The position numbers and the translations under genes are program-made. From assembly GCA_037130535.1 (NCBI GenBank), contig JBAXSU010000001.1:14897-78896 (forward strand): 64,000 nt of DNA, written 5' to 3'. Of this stretch, positions 34,786 through 43,212 are shown piece after piece; positions within the stretch are counted from its first letter, which is position 1; each line of letters starts with the position of its first letter. The notes beneath the pieces are model-generated. The model ran no database searches, was not told the DNA's origin, and saw nothing but the letters and a program-made list of their open reading frames with translations. Origin of the DNA: Actinomycetota bacterium (GTDB lineage Bacteria > Actinomycetota > Acidimicrobiia > Acidimicrobiales > Ilumatobacteraceae).

Positions 34786-35141
34786 CAGGAGATGAGCCGT
34801 CGTCACCGGAGGAGCGGCGCTGTCGATGGTGCCGCATCGTCGTCGCGGCCCGTCAGGGACCGGGTCGGCCTCGGGAGTTCTGTTCGCAGCGTTGCCGTCA
34901 GTGGGACTGGGTCTCGCGCCAGCGGGCACGCGAGCTGGCGCTCAGCGAGGGCGAGTTGGTGATGGCGCGTAGCGAGCTCGACGCGTTGTACGACGACCTG
35001 TACGTGCTGCAGTGCGCGGTGGTCGACACCCGGCGCGACCTCGAGCACCAGCTGACCGCCACAGAAGCACTCGACGCCCTGCGATGGCTGCTCGAGGCCG
35101 CAGAACCCCTGGCAGGCCGCCGTCTGCCGGCATCCGGGTGA
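34776..35141 (+). CDS. Hypothetical small protein with Zn-ribbon-like CxxC...CxxxC followed by a helical tail
   Basis: 121 aa. ...ERRCRWCRIVVAARQGPGRPREFCSQRCRQWDW... then a predicted coiled segment. Confidence 0.5.
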   Translation: MTKSGDEPSSPEERRCRWCRIVVAARQGPGRPREFCSQRCRQWDWVSRQRARELALSEGELVMARSELDALYDDLYVLQCAVVDTRRDLEHQLTATEALDALRWLLEAAEPLAGRRLPASG

Positions 35142-35230
35142 GCTCCGGCTCGGCACCCCGGTCGTCGCCGGTTCGGCACAACGCCCATAATCCTCGTTAT
35201 GTCAACCAAATCCGCCAAACCCGCAGCGTT

Positions 35231-35268
35231 TGTGAGCGGAGCCCCACCACCCCGCTCTTCCGCTCACA
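35231..35268 (+). promoter_or_regulatory. 10-bp perfect inverted repeat tgtgagcgga-N18-tccgctcaca, 22 nt upstream of the next ATG
   Basis: Read directly. It could be an operator or a 5'-leader hairpin. Confidence 0.45.
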
Positions 35269-35290
35269 CACGCCATCTACCATCGCCACG

Positions 35291-37183
35291 ATGACTGGTC
35301 GGCTGCGCACCGTGTGGGCACTGGGGTTGGTGGTGGGTGCGATCGCCGCGCTGCTGGTTCCTGTGGTTGCTCAGCCGGCGGCTGCGGTTGTGCCGCCGAC
35401 GGAACGCTCCGACGTGGCGGGCGGCGACGGCGATGCGGCTGGCGAACTGGCCGCACTGCACACTCCCCTCCTACGGGTGCAGCAGCAGCTGGTGGCGTGC
35501 GGTCCGGGCGAGCCGTACCGGGTGATGGCGGTCGACGCTCTGTTCGGCCGTGAAGGCGTGGTGCTCCGTACGCCCGCTGGCACGGTGAAGGCGCCCACCG
35601 AGGCCGAGCTGGCCGACAGCGCCGGCGACTGGTACCTCGACATCCCGGGCAATGCCCTGTCGCCGGGCTGCTCGTACGAGCAGTTGTTCGATCAGTGGCG
35701 TACCCCGCCGGTGATCTACGCGCATGTGTTCTCGGATCCCGACGACCCCGCGACGCTGGTGCTCCAGTACTGGTTCTTCTACCTCTACAACGACTGGAAC
35801 GACCGCCACGAGGGCGACTGGGAGATGATCCAGCTGTTCTTCGACGCGCCCGACGCACGCTCGGCCATCGGTACCGAGCCCCGCCTGGTGGCCTTCGCCC
35901 AGCACGAGGGTGCCGAGGTGTCGGACTGGAGCGACGACGTGCTGCAGGTCGTCGACGGAACGCGGCCCGTCGTATACGTGGCGGCCGGCAGCCATGCCTC
36001 GTACTTCCAGGCCGAGCGGTGGTTCGGCAAGAGCGCGCAGAGTGGCTTCGGCTGCGACGACACACGGGCACCGTCCGAGGACGTGTCGCCCGACGTGATC
36101 ATGCTCGACGACGAGGCCCTGCCCACCTGGGCGGGGTTCCAGGGACGCTGGGGCGAGAAGCAGCCGTCGTTCAACAACGGCCCCACCGGGCCGAACATGA
36201 AGACACAGTGGACCAACCCGGTGCGCTGGGTCGACGAGGAAGGTCGGCGGGGTGCCGCCAACCTGCCGGCGGAGGGCACAAAGGTCACCGACGCGTTCTG
36301 CGCGGTGGCCAGTTACGCCTCGCAATTCCTGTTCCGGCTGCTGCAAGAGCCGCTGCTCACCGGCACGTTCCTCGTCTGCTTGCTCGTGGTCGTCACCGTG
36401 CTGCTGCGGCGCACCCGCTGGCGGCCGGTGTTCACCCGGCCCGTGCGGGCCCGGCGCGCCGGTGGCCAGATCATCCGCGCCGCGGTGTCGACCGTTCGGC
36501 GGCGGCCACTGTTGTACATGCGGATCGGGGCGCTGCTCCCCCTCGCCGGCCTGCTCGCGACGATCATCCAGACCGTGGTGCTCCGCTTCACCGAGTTGGG
36601 CGATGTGGCCGACGTGGCCGACCGCGGTTCGGCATCGGGCAGCATCGGTGCCCTGTTGCTCGGTTCGCTCTTCATCGGCCCGGCCACGGCGACGGTGAGC
36701 GTGGCGGCGATGATTGCCACGCTGCGCATCGACGCCGACGAGCCCGTGTCGTGGCGCATCGTGGTTGCCGAGGTGTGGCGACGGCGACGCACCGTCTTGT
36801 TCTCATTGCTCCTCACGGCAAGCCTCGCCGGCCTCGCCGCCTCCACCGTGCTGCTCCCCCTCGGTCTCGTCCTGCTCGCCATGTGGGCCGTGGCGGTGCC
36901 TGCGGCACTGGTCGACTCCGCTCCCCTGTGGCTCAGCCGGCGGCTCACCCGGCGCCGCCGGCTGCGTTCGCTGGTGCTGGGCGGCGCTGCGTTCACCCTG
37001 GCCACCGTCGTCCCGGCGGCATGCGGTGTGCTGGCGCTGCTGGTCACCGACTGGTCGTTCGCGGTGGTGAACCTCATCGACGGTGTCGTCGGCCTGCTGC
37101 TGGTGCCCACTGCCGGCATCATCTCGCTGCTGCAGTTCGGCGACCTGCGCGAGCGCCTCGGCTACGGCACGCTGCCCGACTGA
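35291..37183 (+). CDS. Membrane protein: signal peptide + Vps62-like extracytoplasmic domain + C-terminal polytopic region
   Basis: The ATG at 35291 gives 630 aa. It has signal-like MTGRLRTVWALGLVVGAIAALLVPVVAQPAAA, the motif YWFFYLYNDWNDRHEGDWEMIQ, and at least 5 hydrophobic helices in the last ~250 aa. Confidence 0.6.
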   Translation: MTGRLRTVWALGLVVGAIAALLVPVVAQPAAAVVPPTERSDVAGGDGDAAGELAALHTPLLRVQQQLVACGPGEPYRVMAVDALFGREGVVLRTPAGTVKAPTEAELADSAGDWYLDIPGNALSPGCSYEQLFDQWRTPPVIYAHVFSDPDDPATLVLQYWFFYLYNDWNDRHEGDWEMIQLFFDAPDARSAIGTEPRLVAFAQHEGAEVSDWSDDVLQVVDGTRPVVYVAAGSHASYFQAERWFGKSAQSGFGCDDTRAPSEDVSPDVIMLDDEALPTWAGFQGRWGEKQPSFNNGPTGPNMKTQWTNPVRWVDEEGRRGAANLPAEGTKVTDAFCAVASYASQFLFRLLQEPLLTGTFLVCLLVVVTVLLRRTRWRPVFTRPVRARRAGGQIIRAAVSTVRRRPLLYMRIGALLPLAGLLATIIQTVVLRFTELGDVADVADRGSASGSIGALLLGSLFIGPATATVSVAAMIATLRIDADEPVSWRIVVAEVWRRRRTVLFSLLLTASLAGLAASTVLLPLGLVLLAMWAVAVPAALVDSAPLWLSRRLTRRRRLRSLVLGGAAFTLATVVPAACGVLALLVTDWSFAVVNLIDGVVGLLLVPTAGIISLLQFGDLRERLGYGTLPD

Positions 37184-37198
37184 GGCGGCTGCGGTGTG

Positions 37199-38713
37199 TC
37201 AGCCCACCGAGTCGAGTGCGGCGCGCCGACGGACGACGAAGTCGACGAGCGCTTCATCGATGGCCGGGTCGAGGGCCGGTGCCTCGTACTGGTCGAGCAA
37301 CTGCTTCCAGATGCGGTTGGCGCGGTGGGTGGCGTCGACCGAGCCGGCCTCCTGCCAGGTCTCGAAGTTGCGCCAATCCGACACGAGCGGCGAGTAGAAG
37401 GCTCGTTCGTAGCGCTCCATCGTGTGTGGCGAGGCGAAGAAGTGCCCGCCCGGGCCTACGGCGGTGATGGCATCGAGCCCGATCTCGGCGTCGGTCACCT
37501 CGATGGGCTTCAGGTACTCGGCCATCATCTGCAGCATCTCGGCGTCGATGATCAGCTTCTCGAACGATGCGGTGAGGCCGCCCTCGAGCCATCCGGCGGC
37601 GTGGTTCACCAGATGGGCGCCGCCCATCACGGCACCCCACAGCGACATCGAACTCTCGTAGACCGCCTGGGCGTCGACAGCGTTCGAGGCCGTGGTGTTC
37701 GACGACCGGAACGGCAGGCCGTAGCGGCGGGCCAACTGCCCGCTCGCCTGTGCCGCGCGGGTGAACTCAGGGGTGCCGAAGGCCGGTGAGCCGCTGCGCA
37801 TGTCGACGTTCGACGTGAACGAGCCGTAGATGGCCGGTGCGCCGGGCCTCACCAGTTGGGTGAGGGTGATACCGGCCAGTGCCTCGGCGTTCTGCAGTAC
37901 CAGGGCGCCGGCGATGGTGGCGGGGGCCATTGCCCCGGCAAGGGTGAATGGTGTGACGCACACCGCCTGCCCGGCGCCCGCCAACTCGATCAGTCCCTCG
38001 GCCATGGGGATGTCGAGCGTGAGCGGGGTGTTGGTGTTGATGATCGCCATCACCGCAGGCGCTGCTGCGAGGCCGTCGCGGTCGGTGCCGAGGGCGATGG
38101 CGGCCATGTCGATGGCGTCGGCAGCCCGTTCGCGACCGAGCGCAATGGCCTGCCAGTTCTTGTCGAGGGTTCGGATGAGGCTCAGGTAGAGGTCGAGGTG
38201 CCGGGTCTCGGCGGGCAGGTCGAGCGCCTCGAACGGGCCACCGCCCTCTTGGTGCACGATGCCGAGCATCTGGATGAGCTGGAGATACTCGCGTTGCTCG
38301 GCTGCGGAGCCGCCCCGGCGACCGCGGTCGAGGTCGTGGGTGAACGCCGGGCCGCCGACGGCGCTGAACGCCACATGGTTGCCGCCGAGGGTGATCGAGT
38401 GCTGCGGGTTGCGGGCACGCAGGGTGAACTCCGCCGGCGCCTTGGCGACCGTGGCCTCCACCATCTCGGGGTCGAACCGCACGATGAGGTCGTCGACCAC
38501 GCACCCGGCGTCGGCGAAGTAGCGCCGGGCCCTCGCATCGAGGATGCGCATGCCTGTGGTGGCCAGCAACTGCAGCGACGAGCGGTGGATGTGTTCGACC
38601 TGATCGGCCGACAGCACTTCCACCGGGCGGTACGGGTTGCGCAGCGGGGTGAATGGCTGCGGCGTCGCGCCGGTCGCCTCGCGCCGGGTACGGGTTCGGT
38701 TGAGGCGGCTCAC
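37199..38713 (-). CDS. MttB-superfamily (trimethylamine methyltransferase family) protein, non-pyrrolysine type, paralogue 1
   Basis: Uninterrupted frame. ...INTNTPLTLDIPMAEGLIE...VTPFTLAGAMAP...DAEMLQMM...VGPGGHFF... The start was set at GTG 38713, 10 nt after the FKBP stop. The track ORF extends to 38845, overlapping FKBP. Confidence 0.85.
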   Translation of the reverse strand: MSRLNRTRTRREATGATPQPFTPLRNPYRPVEVLSADQVEHIHRSSLQLLATTGMRILDARARRYFADAGCVVDDLIVRFDPEMVEATVAKAPAEFTLRARNPQHSITLGGNHVAFSAVGGPAFTHDLDRGRRGGSAAEQREYLQLIQMLGIVHQEGGGPFEALDLPAETRHLDLYLSLIRTLDKNWQAIALGRERAADAIDMAAIALGTDRDGLAAAPAVMAIINTNTPLTLDIPMAEGLIELAGAGQAVCVTPFTLAGAMAPATIAGALVLQNAEALAGITLTQLVRPGAPAIYGSFTSNVDMRSGSPAFGTPEFTRAAQASGQLARRYGLPFRSSNTTASNAVDAQAVYESSMSLWGAVMGGAHLVNHAAGWLEGGLTASFEKLIIDAEMLQMMAEYLKPIEVTDAEIGLDAITAVGPGGHFFASPHTMERYERAFYSPLVSDWRNFETWQEAGSVDATHRANRIWKQLLDQYEAPALDPAIDEALVDFVVRRRAALDSVG

Positions 38714-38723
38714 CGACGGTTGC

Positions 38724-39101
38724 TCAGCGAACCGAGATGAGGTCGACGACGAACACCAGGGTCTCGCCGCCCTTGATGGCCCCGCCTGCTCCCCTGCTGC
38801 CGTAACCCAGGTCGGAGGGGATGGTGAGCCGCCGACGGCCGCCAACCTTCATCCCCTTCACGCCGCGGTCCCAGCCCTCGATCACCTCGCGGGCACCGAG
38901 CCGGAAGCTGAACGTCTCGCCGCGGTTCCAGCTGGCGTCGAACTCGCTGCCCGTGCTCCAGGCGACACCGGCGTAGTGCACGGTGACCCGCTTGCCGATG
39001 GTGGCCTCGTCGCCGTCGCCGACGACCTCGTCGTCGATCAGCAGGTCGGCCGGCGGGTCGCCGGCGGGAATCGTGATGGAAGGCTTGGTGCGATCGCTCA
39101 T
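38724..39101 (-). CDS. FKBP-type peptidyl-prolyl cis-trans isomerase
   Basis: 125 aa. ...VHYAGVAWSTGSEFDASWNRGETFSFRLGAREVIEGWDRGVKGMKVGGRRRLTIP... Confidence 0.92.
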   Translation of the reverse strand: MSDRTKPSITIPAGDPPADLLIDDEVVGDGDEATIGKRVTVHYAGVAWSTGSEFDASWNRGETFSFRLGAREVIEGWDRGVKGMKVGGRRRLTIPSDLGYGSRGAGGAIKGGETLVFVVDLISVR

Positions 39102-39171
39102 GGCCCGACCCTAGCCGCTGCCCGGTCTGCCAGTCCCTGGCGGGTCGACGCTGGTTTGCGGCAGAAGCCAC

Positions 39172-39189
39172 ACCCGAACTTGTTCGGGT
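39172..39189. terminator. Hairpin acccgaa-cttg-ttcgggt downstream of the EamA gene
   Basis: 7-bp stem with a 4-nt loop, in a locally AT-richer 144-nt spacer. A related cgaacaag motif recurs at about 39210. Confidence 0.35.
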
Positions 39190-39245
39190 TTCCGTCGTAG
39201 ACAACCGAAACTCGAACAAGATCGACATCGGCCGATGCGGGGCGC

Positions 39246-40076
39246 TCAGCCGAGGGCCATCAGCGCGACGCCCACCGCGGTGGCAGCTACCCCGATGCCC
39301 TGCCACCAGCGCATCCGTTCGCGGTTGAACAGCACCGACAGGATCACCGCCACCGTGGCAAACTGCGAGCCGGCCACCGACACCGGGCCCGACGCACCCT
39401 CGCGGAAGGCCAACTGCAGCGAGGCGATAGCCACCACACCGAACACGCCGCTGATCATGGCCATGCGACGGCCGAGCGGGTGCTGCACCAGGAACGGCTC
39501 GGGACGGAACAGGGCGATGACGCACAGCAACAGCAAGCCGCTACCGCGCTGAGCGAACACGGGCGCCAGTCCGGCCTCGGCGCTCACCTCTCCCATCAAC
39601 GTGAAGGCGATGCCGAACCCGATGCCCGAGGTGACCCCGAGGATGGCGCCCTGGCGCACGCTCCCCTCGCCGCCCGGCTGATAGCTGGTCAGCACCACAG
39701 CGACGAGACCGATGGCGATGCCGACCGTGCCGAGGGTGCTGGGCCGTTCGCCGCGAACCAGATCGGTGAGCACCGGCACAGCAGCCAACAGCACCGACGA
39801 GATCGGGGCGACGATGCCGATGCGCGACACCTTGTAGCCGTGGTACAGCAGCATCAGCCCGGTGATCATCGACAGACCGGCCAGCGCCCCGAGCAGCATG
39901 TCGCGGCGGATCCACTGCGAGTCGACCACCAGGATGAGCAGCGGCGACAACACTGCCGACGTGAGCACGACGGTGCGGGTGACGGTGAGGCTGGCGGCGT
40001 GGCGCGCCGAGCGGGCCGCGAAGAAGTCGGAGGTGCCGAGCAGCACGGCGGCAACGGCGGCGAGGAGGATGGCCAT
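39246..40076 (-). CDS. EamA/DMT-family transporter
   Basis: 276 aa, about 10 TM, with two EamA-like halves. Confidence 0.8.
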   Translation of the reverse strand: MAILLAAVAAVLLGTSDFFAARSARHAASLTVTRTVVLTSAVLSPLLILVVDSQWIRRDMLLGALAGLSMITGLMLLYHGYKVSRIGIVAPISSVLLAAVPVLTDLVRGERPSTLGTVGIAIGLVAVVLTSYQPGGEGSVRQGAILGVTSGIGFGIAFTLMGEVSAEAGLAPVFAQRGSGLLLLCVIALFRPEPFLVQHPLGRRMAMISGVFGVVAIASLQLAFREGASGPVSVAGSQFATVAVILSVLFNRERMRWWQGIGVAATAVGVALMALG

Positions 40077-40095
40077 CGACGGGGTTTCGGCCGGA

Positions 40096-41073
40096 TCAGG
40101 CCGCGTAGAACTGGTTGGCCCAGCGGCGGAAGGCGGCGAAGGGGCCGTCGGTGTCGGCGAGTGCGGGGCGGTCGATGTAGGTCTTGTGCTCCCAGATCGG
40201 CTTGTCCTCGAGCAGTTGGCGCGACACCTCGTTCACGAAGGCCTCGCCCACGCTGCTGGTCACCCGGTCGTCGGCGAAGCGCCGCACGCAGAACGTGAAG
40301 CGCATCTCGCAGCGGTCGGGTTCCACCGGTGTGGCGCAGCCGAGCAGCAGGGTTTCGACGATGCCACTGAAGCGCACCACTGAGAACCCGGGGCCCCATC
40401 CGTCGCTGTCGATACGACCTTCGGTGGTGCCGCGCGGGGTGACGAAGAACTGCTTCGAACGCATCCGTGAGCGATGACCGTCGGTGTCGTAACTCTCGAG
40501 TACGGGTACCTCGGCGGTGCCGTGCACGTACCGGAAGTGCGCCGAGTCGACGCCGTTCTCGGCCATCTCCTGCCACGCGGTGGCGATCTCGAACTGGCGG
40601 GTGAACGGGTCGCTGAACTCCTCCCCCACACCCGTGGTGCCGAACTCGGGCACCTCGGGAACCTCCCACTGCGGCTCGGCCTCGTGCGGGTGGTACCAGG
40701 CCATGATCAAGCCATTGCGTTCGACCACCGGGTAGGTGCGCAGGCGGGCCTTGGCGTTGGTGCGTTCGCTGTAGGGGATGTCGGTGTTGCGGCCGTCGGC
40801 ATCGAACGCCCAGGCGTGGAAGGGGCACACGATGGTGCACCCGTCGACACTGCCGCCCACGCCGAGGTGTGCACCGAGGTGAGGGCAGTAGGCGTCGTGC
40901 AGGTGGGCCGTGCCGTCGGCGTCGCGCCACAGCACGGTGTCGGCACCGAACACACGTCGCGGCACCACCTGCTGCTCGGCTACCTCGTGCGACCAGCCGA
41001 GCGCGAACCACCCGAACGGGATGGGCCACGGCCAGCGTTCGCTGGTCGGCCGCTGCTGCAGGGGCACGCTCAT
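40096..41073 (-). CDS. Rieske [2Fe-2S] non-haem-iron oxygenase, KshA-like
   Basis: Rieske motif CPHLGAHLG...CPFHAW and iron motif DSAHFRYVH. The ATG at 41073 overlaps the stop of the amidohydrolase gene (ATGA). Confidence 0.8.
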   Translation of the reverse strand: MSVPLQQRPTSERWPWPIPFGWFALGWSHEVAEQQVVPRRVFGADTVLWRDADGTAHLHDAYCPHLGAHLGVGGSVDGCTIVCPFHAWAFDADGRNTDIPYSERTNAKARLRTYPVVERNGLIMAWYHPHEAEPQWEVPEVPEFGTTGVGEEFSDPFTRQFEIATAWQEMAENGVDSAHFRYVHGTAEVPVLESYDTDGHRSRMRSKQFFVTPRGTTEGRIDSDGWGPGFSVVRFSGIVETLLLGCATPVEPDRCEMRFTFCVRRFADDRVTSSVGEAFVNEVSRQLLEDKPIWEHKTYIDRPALADTDGPFAAFRRWANQFYAA

Positions 41074-41942
41074 CGGTCGAGTCCGAACACGCGCACGGCG
41101 TTGTCGCGCAGGAACTTCGGCCACACGTCGTCGCGCAGCGGCACGTTCGGCAGCTCACGGAAGATGCGGTCGAGACTGAGGCCCATCGGGAAGTAGCCGG
41201 CGTACATCACCTTGTCGCTCCCCCGCGTGTTGGCGAAGTCGATGATCTCCTGCGGGTAGCGCCGGGGTGTGAACGCCGAGGTGCTGTAGTAGAGGTTGGG
41301 CCACTTCAGCAGCAGCTTCACGGCGAGGTCGACCCAGGGTTCGGCGCCGTGGCGCATCACGAAGGTGAGCTCGGGGAAGTACCAGCACACCTCGTCGATG
41401 CGCTCGACGTGCTGGGCGGCCATCGGCAATCTTGGTCCCGGCACGCCCACGCAGCACAGCACGGCGATACCGAGTTCGGCGCACTTGGCGTACACGGGGT
41501 ACATGCGCTTGTCGTCGATGGGTACGGGCGGGTTGCAGCCCGAGGGGAACAGCGACACACCCTTGATACCGAAGCGGTCGTACGCCTCCTGAATGGCGCG
41601 CACCGCAGTCATTCCGCTGTTGGGGTCGACGTGCAGGCAACCGAAGAAGCGGTCGGGGTGCCGGGTGATGGCGTCGTTCTGGATGCCACCGGCGAGGTCG
41701 ACGCCGATGAGCGCCTTGGCGATGCCGTGGCCGTCCATCTGGTCGACGGTCCAGGCGATCATGTCGGCATCGCTCGGGTCGTCGGGGATGTCCTTGAACA
41801 GGTACTGCGCGGGCATGGCCATCGACTGGCTCTCGCTGTCGCGCAGGTTCGGCTTCAAGAAGTCGTACCAGTGTGCCCGCATCCCGGGTTCGGGGATGCC
41901 CAGCATGAGGTCGACCACCCCGATGTCGCTCGGCATCCCCAT
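41070..41942 (-). CDS. Amidohydrolase_2 (ACMSD-like TIM-barrel metal hydrolase/decarboxylase) family protein
   Basis: 290 aa. ...VVDLMLGIPEP...HVDPNSGM...FVMRHGAEPW... Confidence 0.65.
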   Translation of the reverse strand: MGMPSDIGVVDLMLGIPEPGMRAHWYDFLKPNLRDSESQSMAMPAQYLFKDIPDDPSDADMIAWTVDQMDGHGIAKALIGVDLAGGIQNDAITRHPDRFFGCLHVDPNSGMTAVRAIQEAYDRFGIKGVSLFPSGCNPPVPIDDKRMYPVYAKCAELGIAVLCCVGVPGPRLPMAAQHVERIDEVCWYFPELTFVMRHGAEPWVDLAVKLLLKWPNLYYSTSAFTPRRYPQEIIDFANTRGSDKVMYAGYFPMGLSLDRIFRELPNVPLRDDVWPKFLRDNAVRVFGLDR

Positions 41943-42026
41943 CGCGCCGACGTTAGCCGCAGCCCCGCGATGAGCAACATGCGCACCTGCTGCGCAGGAC
42001 GCTCATCGCGGTGAGGTTTGGGAGCG

Positions 42027-43184
42027 TCAGAGGAGGGTGCGGAGGGCGGTGGCGAGGCGGTCGACGTCGTCGGGGGTGTTGTACACCTGGATCGACACGC
42101 GCAGGATGGGGATGTCGTTCCAGCGGTAGACGGGCACCTCGATGCGGTGGTCGTCGTACAGGCGGCGCTTCAGATCGGCTGTGTCGACATGGTCGGGCAG
42201 GCGGATGGCGACCATCTGGCCGTACCAGCGCGGCGATCGATCGTCGCCGGTGTGTTCGGGGCTGAGCGGCTCGCACCCGGTGATGTCGTGCAGCAACGCG
42301 CTCGCCTCGACGGCCGCGGCGTGGCAGCGCTGGCGCACAGCGTCCCAGTCGTGGGCCTCCTCGTAGTCGATGGCCACAGGCGTGGCGAGGAACGCGCTCA
42401 GGTCGCGGGTGCCCTGCCACTGGTGATGGTCGATGAACGGCGACGGGCCGGGTACGGCGGGTTCCCATCCCCAGCTCACCACCAGCGGACGCAGCATCGG
42501 CTGCACCCCGCGGCGAGCCCACAGGAATGCCGAGCCCTTCGGGGCACACAGCCATTTGTGGCAGGCGCCGGTGTAGATGTCGGCGTCGAGCGTGTCGAGG
42601 TGCAGCGGGATGTGGGCGGGAACATGTGCCCCGTCGACGATGGTGAAGATGCCGGCAGCCCTGGCCCGACGGCAGATCTCGTCGGCCGGGAACACCAGCG
42701 CGGTGTCGCTGGTGATGTGGCTGAGGAAGATCACCTTCGTTCGTTCCGTGACCTGGGCCCAGAGCCGCTCGACGAAGTCGGCGTGGGTGGTGACCGGCAC
42801 CGGGATGGGCACCTGGACGTACCGCGCCCCGGCCTGCGCACAGATGACCCGCCAGGTGCGGTTCATCGCTCCGTACTCGTGATCGGTGGTGAGCACCTCG
42901 TCGCCCGGCTGCAGGTGCAGGCTGCGCGCCACGATGTTCACCGCTGTGGTGGGGTTGGGCACGTACACCAGGTCGTCGGCCTGCGCGCCGAGGTAGGCGG
43001 CGAGGCGTGCCCGGGCCGCGCCCAACAGGTCGTCGGAACGTCGGGCCAGCCATTCGACCGGCTGGCGTTCCATCTCGAGCTGCAGGCGCTGGTACGCCGC
43101 GAACACCGGTTCGGGGCAGGCGCCGAACGAGCCGTGGTTCAGGAACGTGATGTCGGGGTTCAGCAGGAATCCGTCGGTGCGCAC
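42027..43184 (-). CDS. Class-V aminotransferase-fold PLP enzyme (isopenicillin-N-epimerase / cysteine-desulfurase-like)
   Basis: 385 aa. ...ITFLNHGSFGACP... and the PLP lysine context TGACHKWLCAPKG. Confidence 0.75.
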   Translation of the reverse strand: MRTDGFLLNPDITFLNHGSFGACPEPVFAAYQRLQLEMERQPVEWLARRSDDLLGAARARLAAYLGAQADDLVYVPNPTTAVNIVARSLHLQPGDEVLTTDHEYGAMNRTWRVICAQAGARYVQVPIPVPVTTHADFVERLWAQVTERTKVIFLSHITSDTALVFPADEICRRARAAGIFTIVDGAHVPAHIPLHLDTLDADIYTGACHKWLCAPKGSAFLWARRGVQPMLRPLVVSWGWEPAVPGPSPFIDHHQWQGTRDLSAFLATPVAIDYEEAHDWDAVRQRCHAAAVEASALLHDITGCEPLSPEHTGDDRSPRWYGQMVAIRLPDHVDTADLKRRLYDDHRIEVPVYRWNDIPILRVSIQVYNTPDDVDRLATALRTLL

Positions 43185-43212
43185 CCGGCGAGCGTAGGCA
43201 GGCGCGGGTCGG

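Noticed and set aside
35231-35268. Resemblance of tgtgagcgga... to the E. coli lac operator half-site
   Set aside because: There is no LacI-family regulator in the vicinity and the match is short. It is treated only as a generic inverted repeat or hairpin.
37199-38845. Pyrrolysine-type (amber-containing) MttB and a Pyl system
   Set aside because: Both MttB-family frames are uninterrupted by TAG, and no pylBCDS-like genes are seen. They are non-Pyl members.
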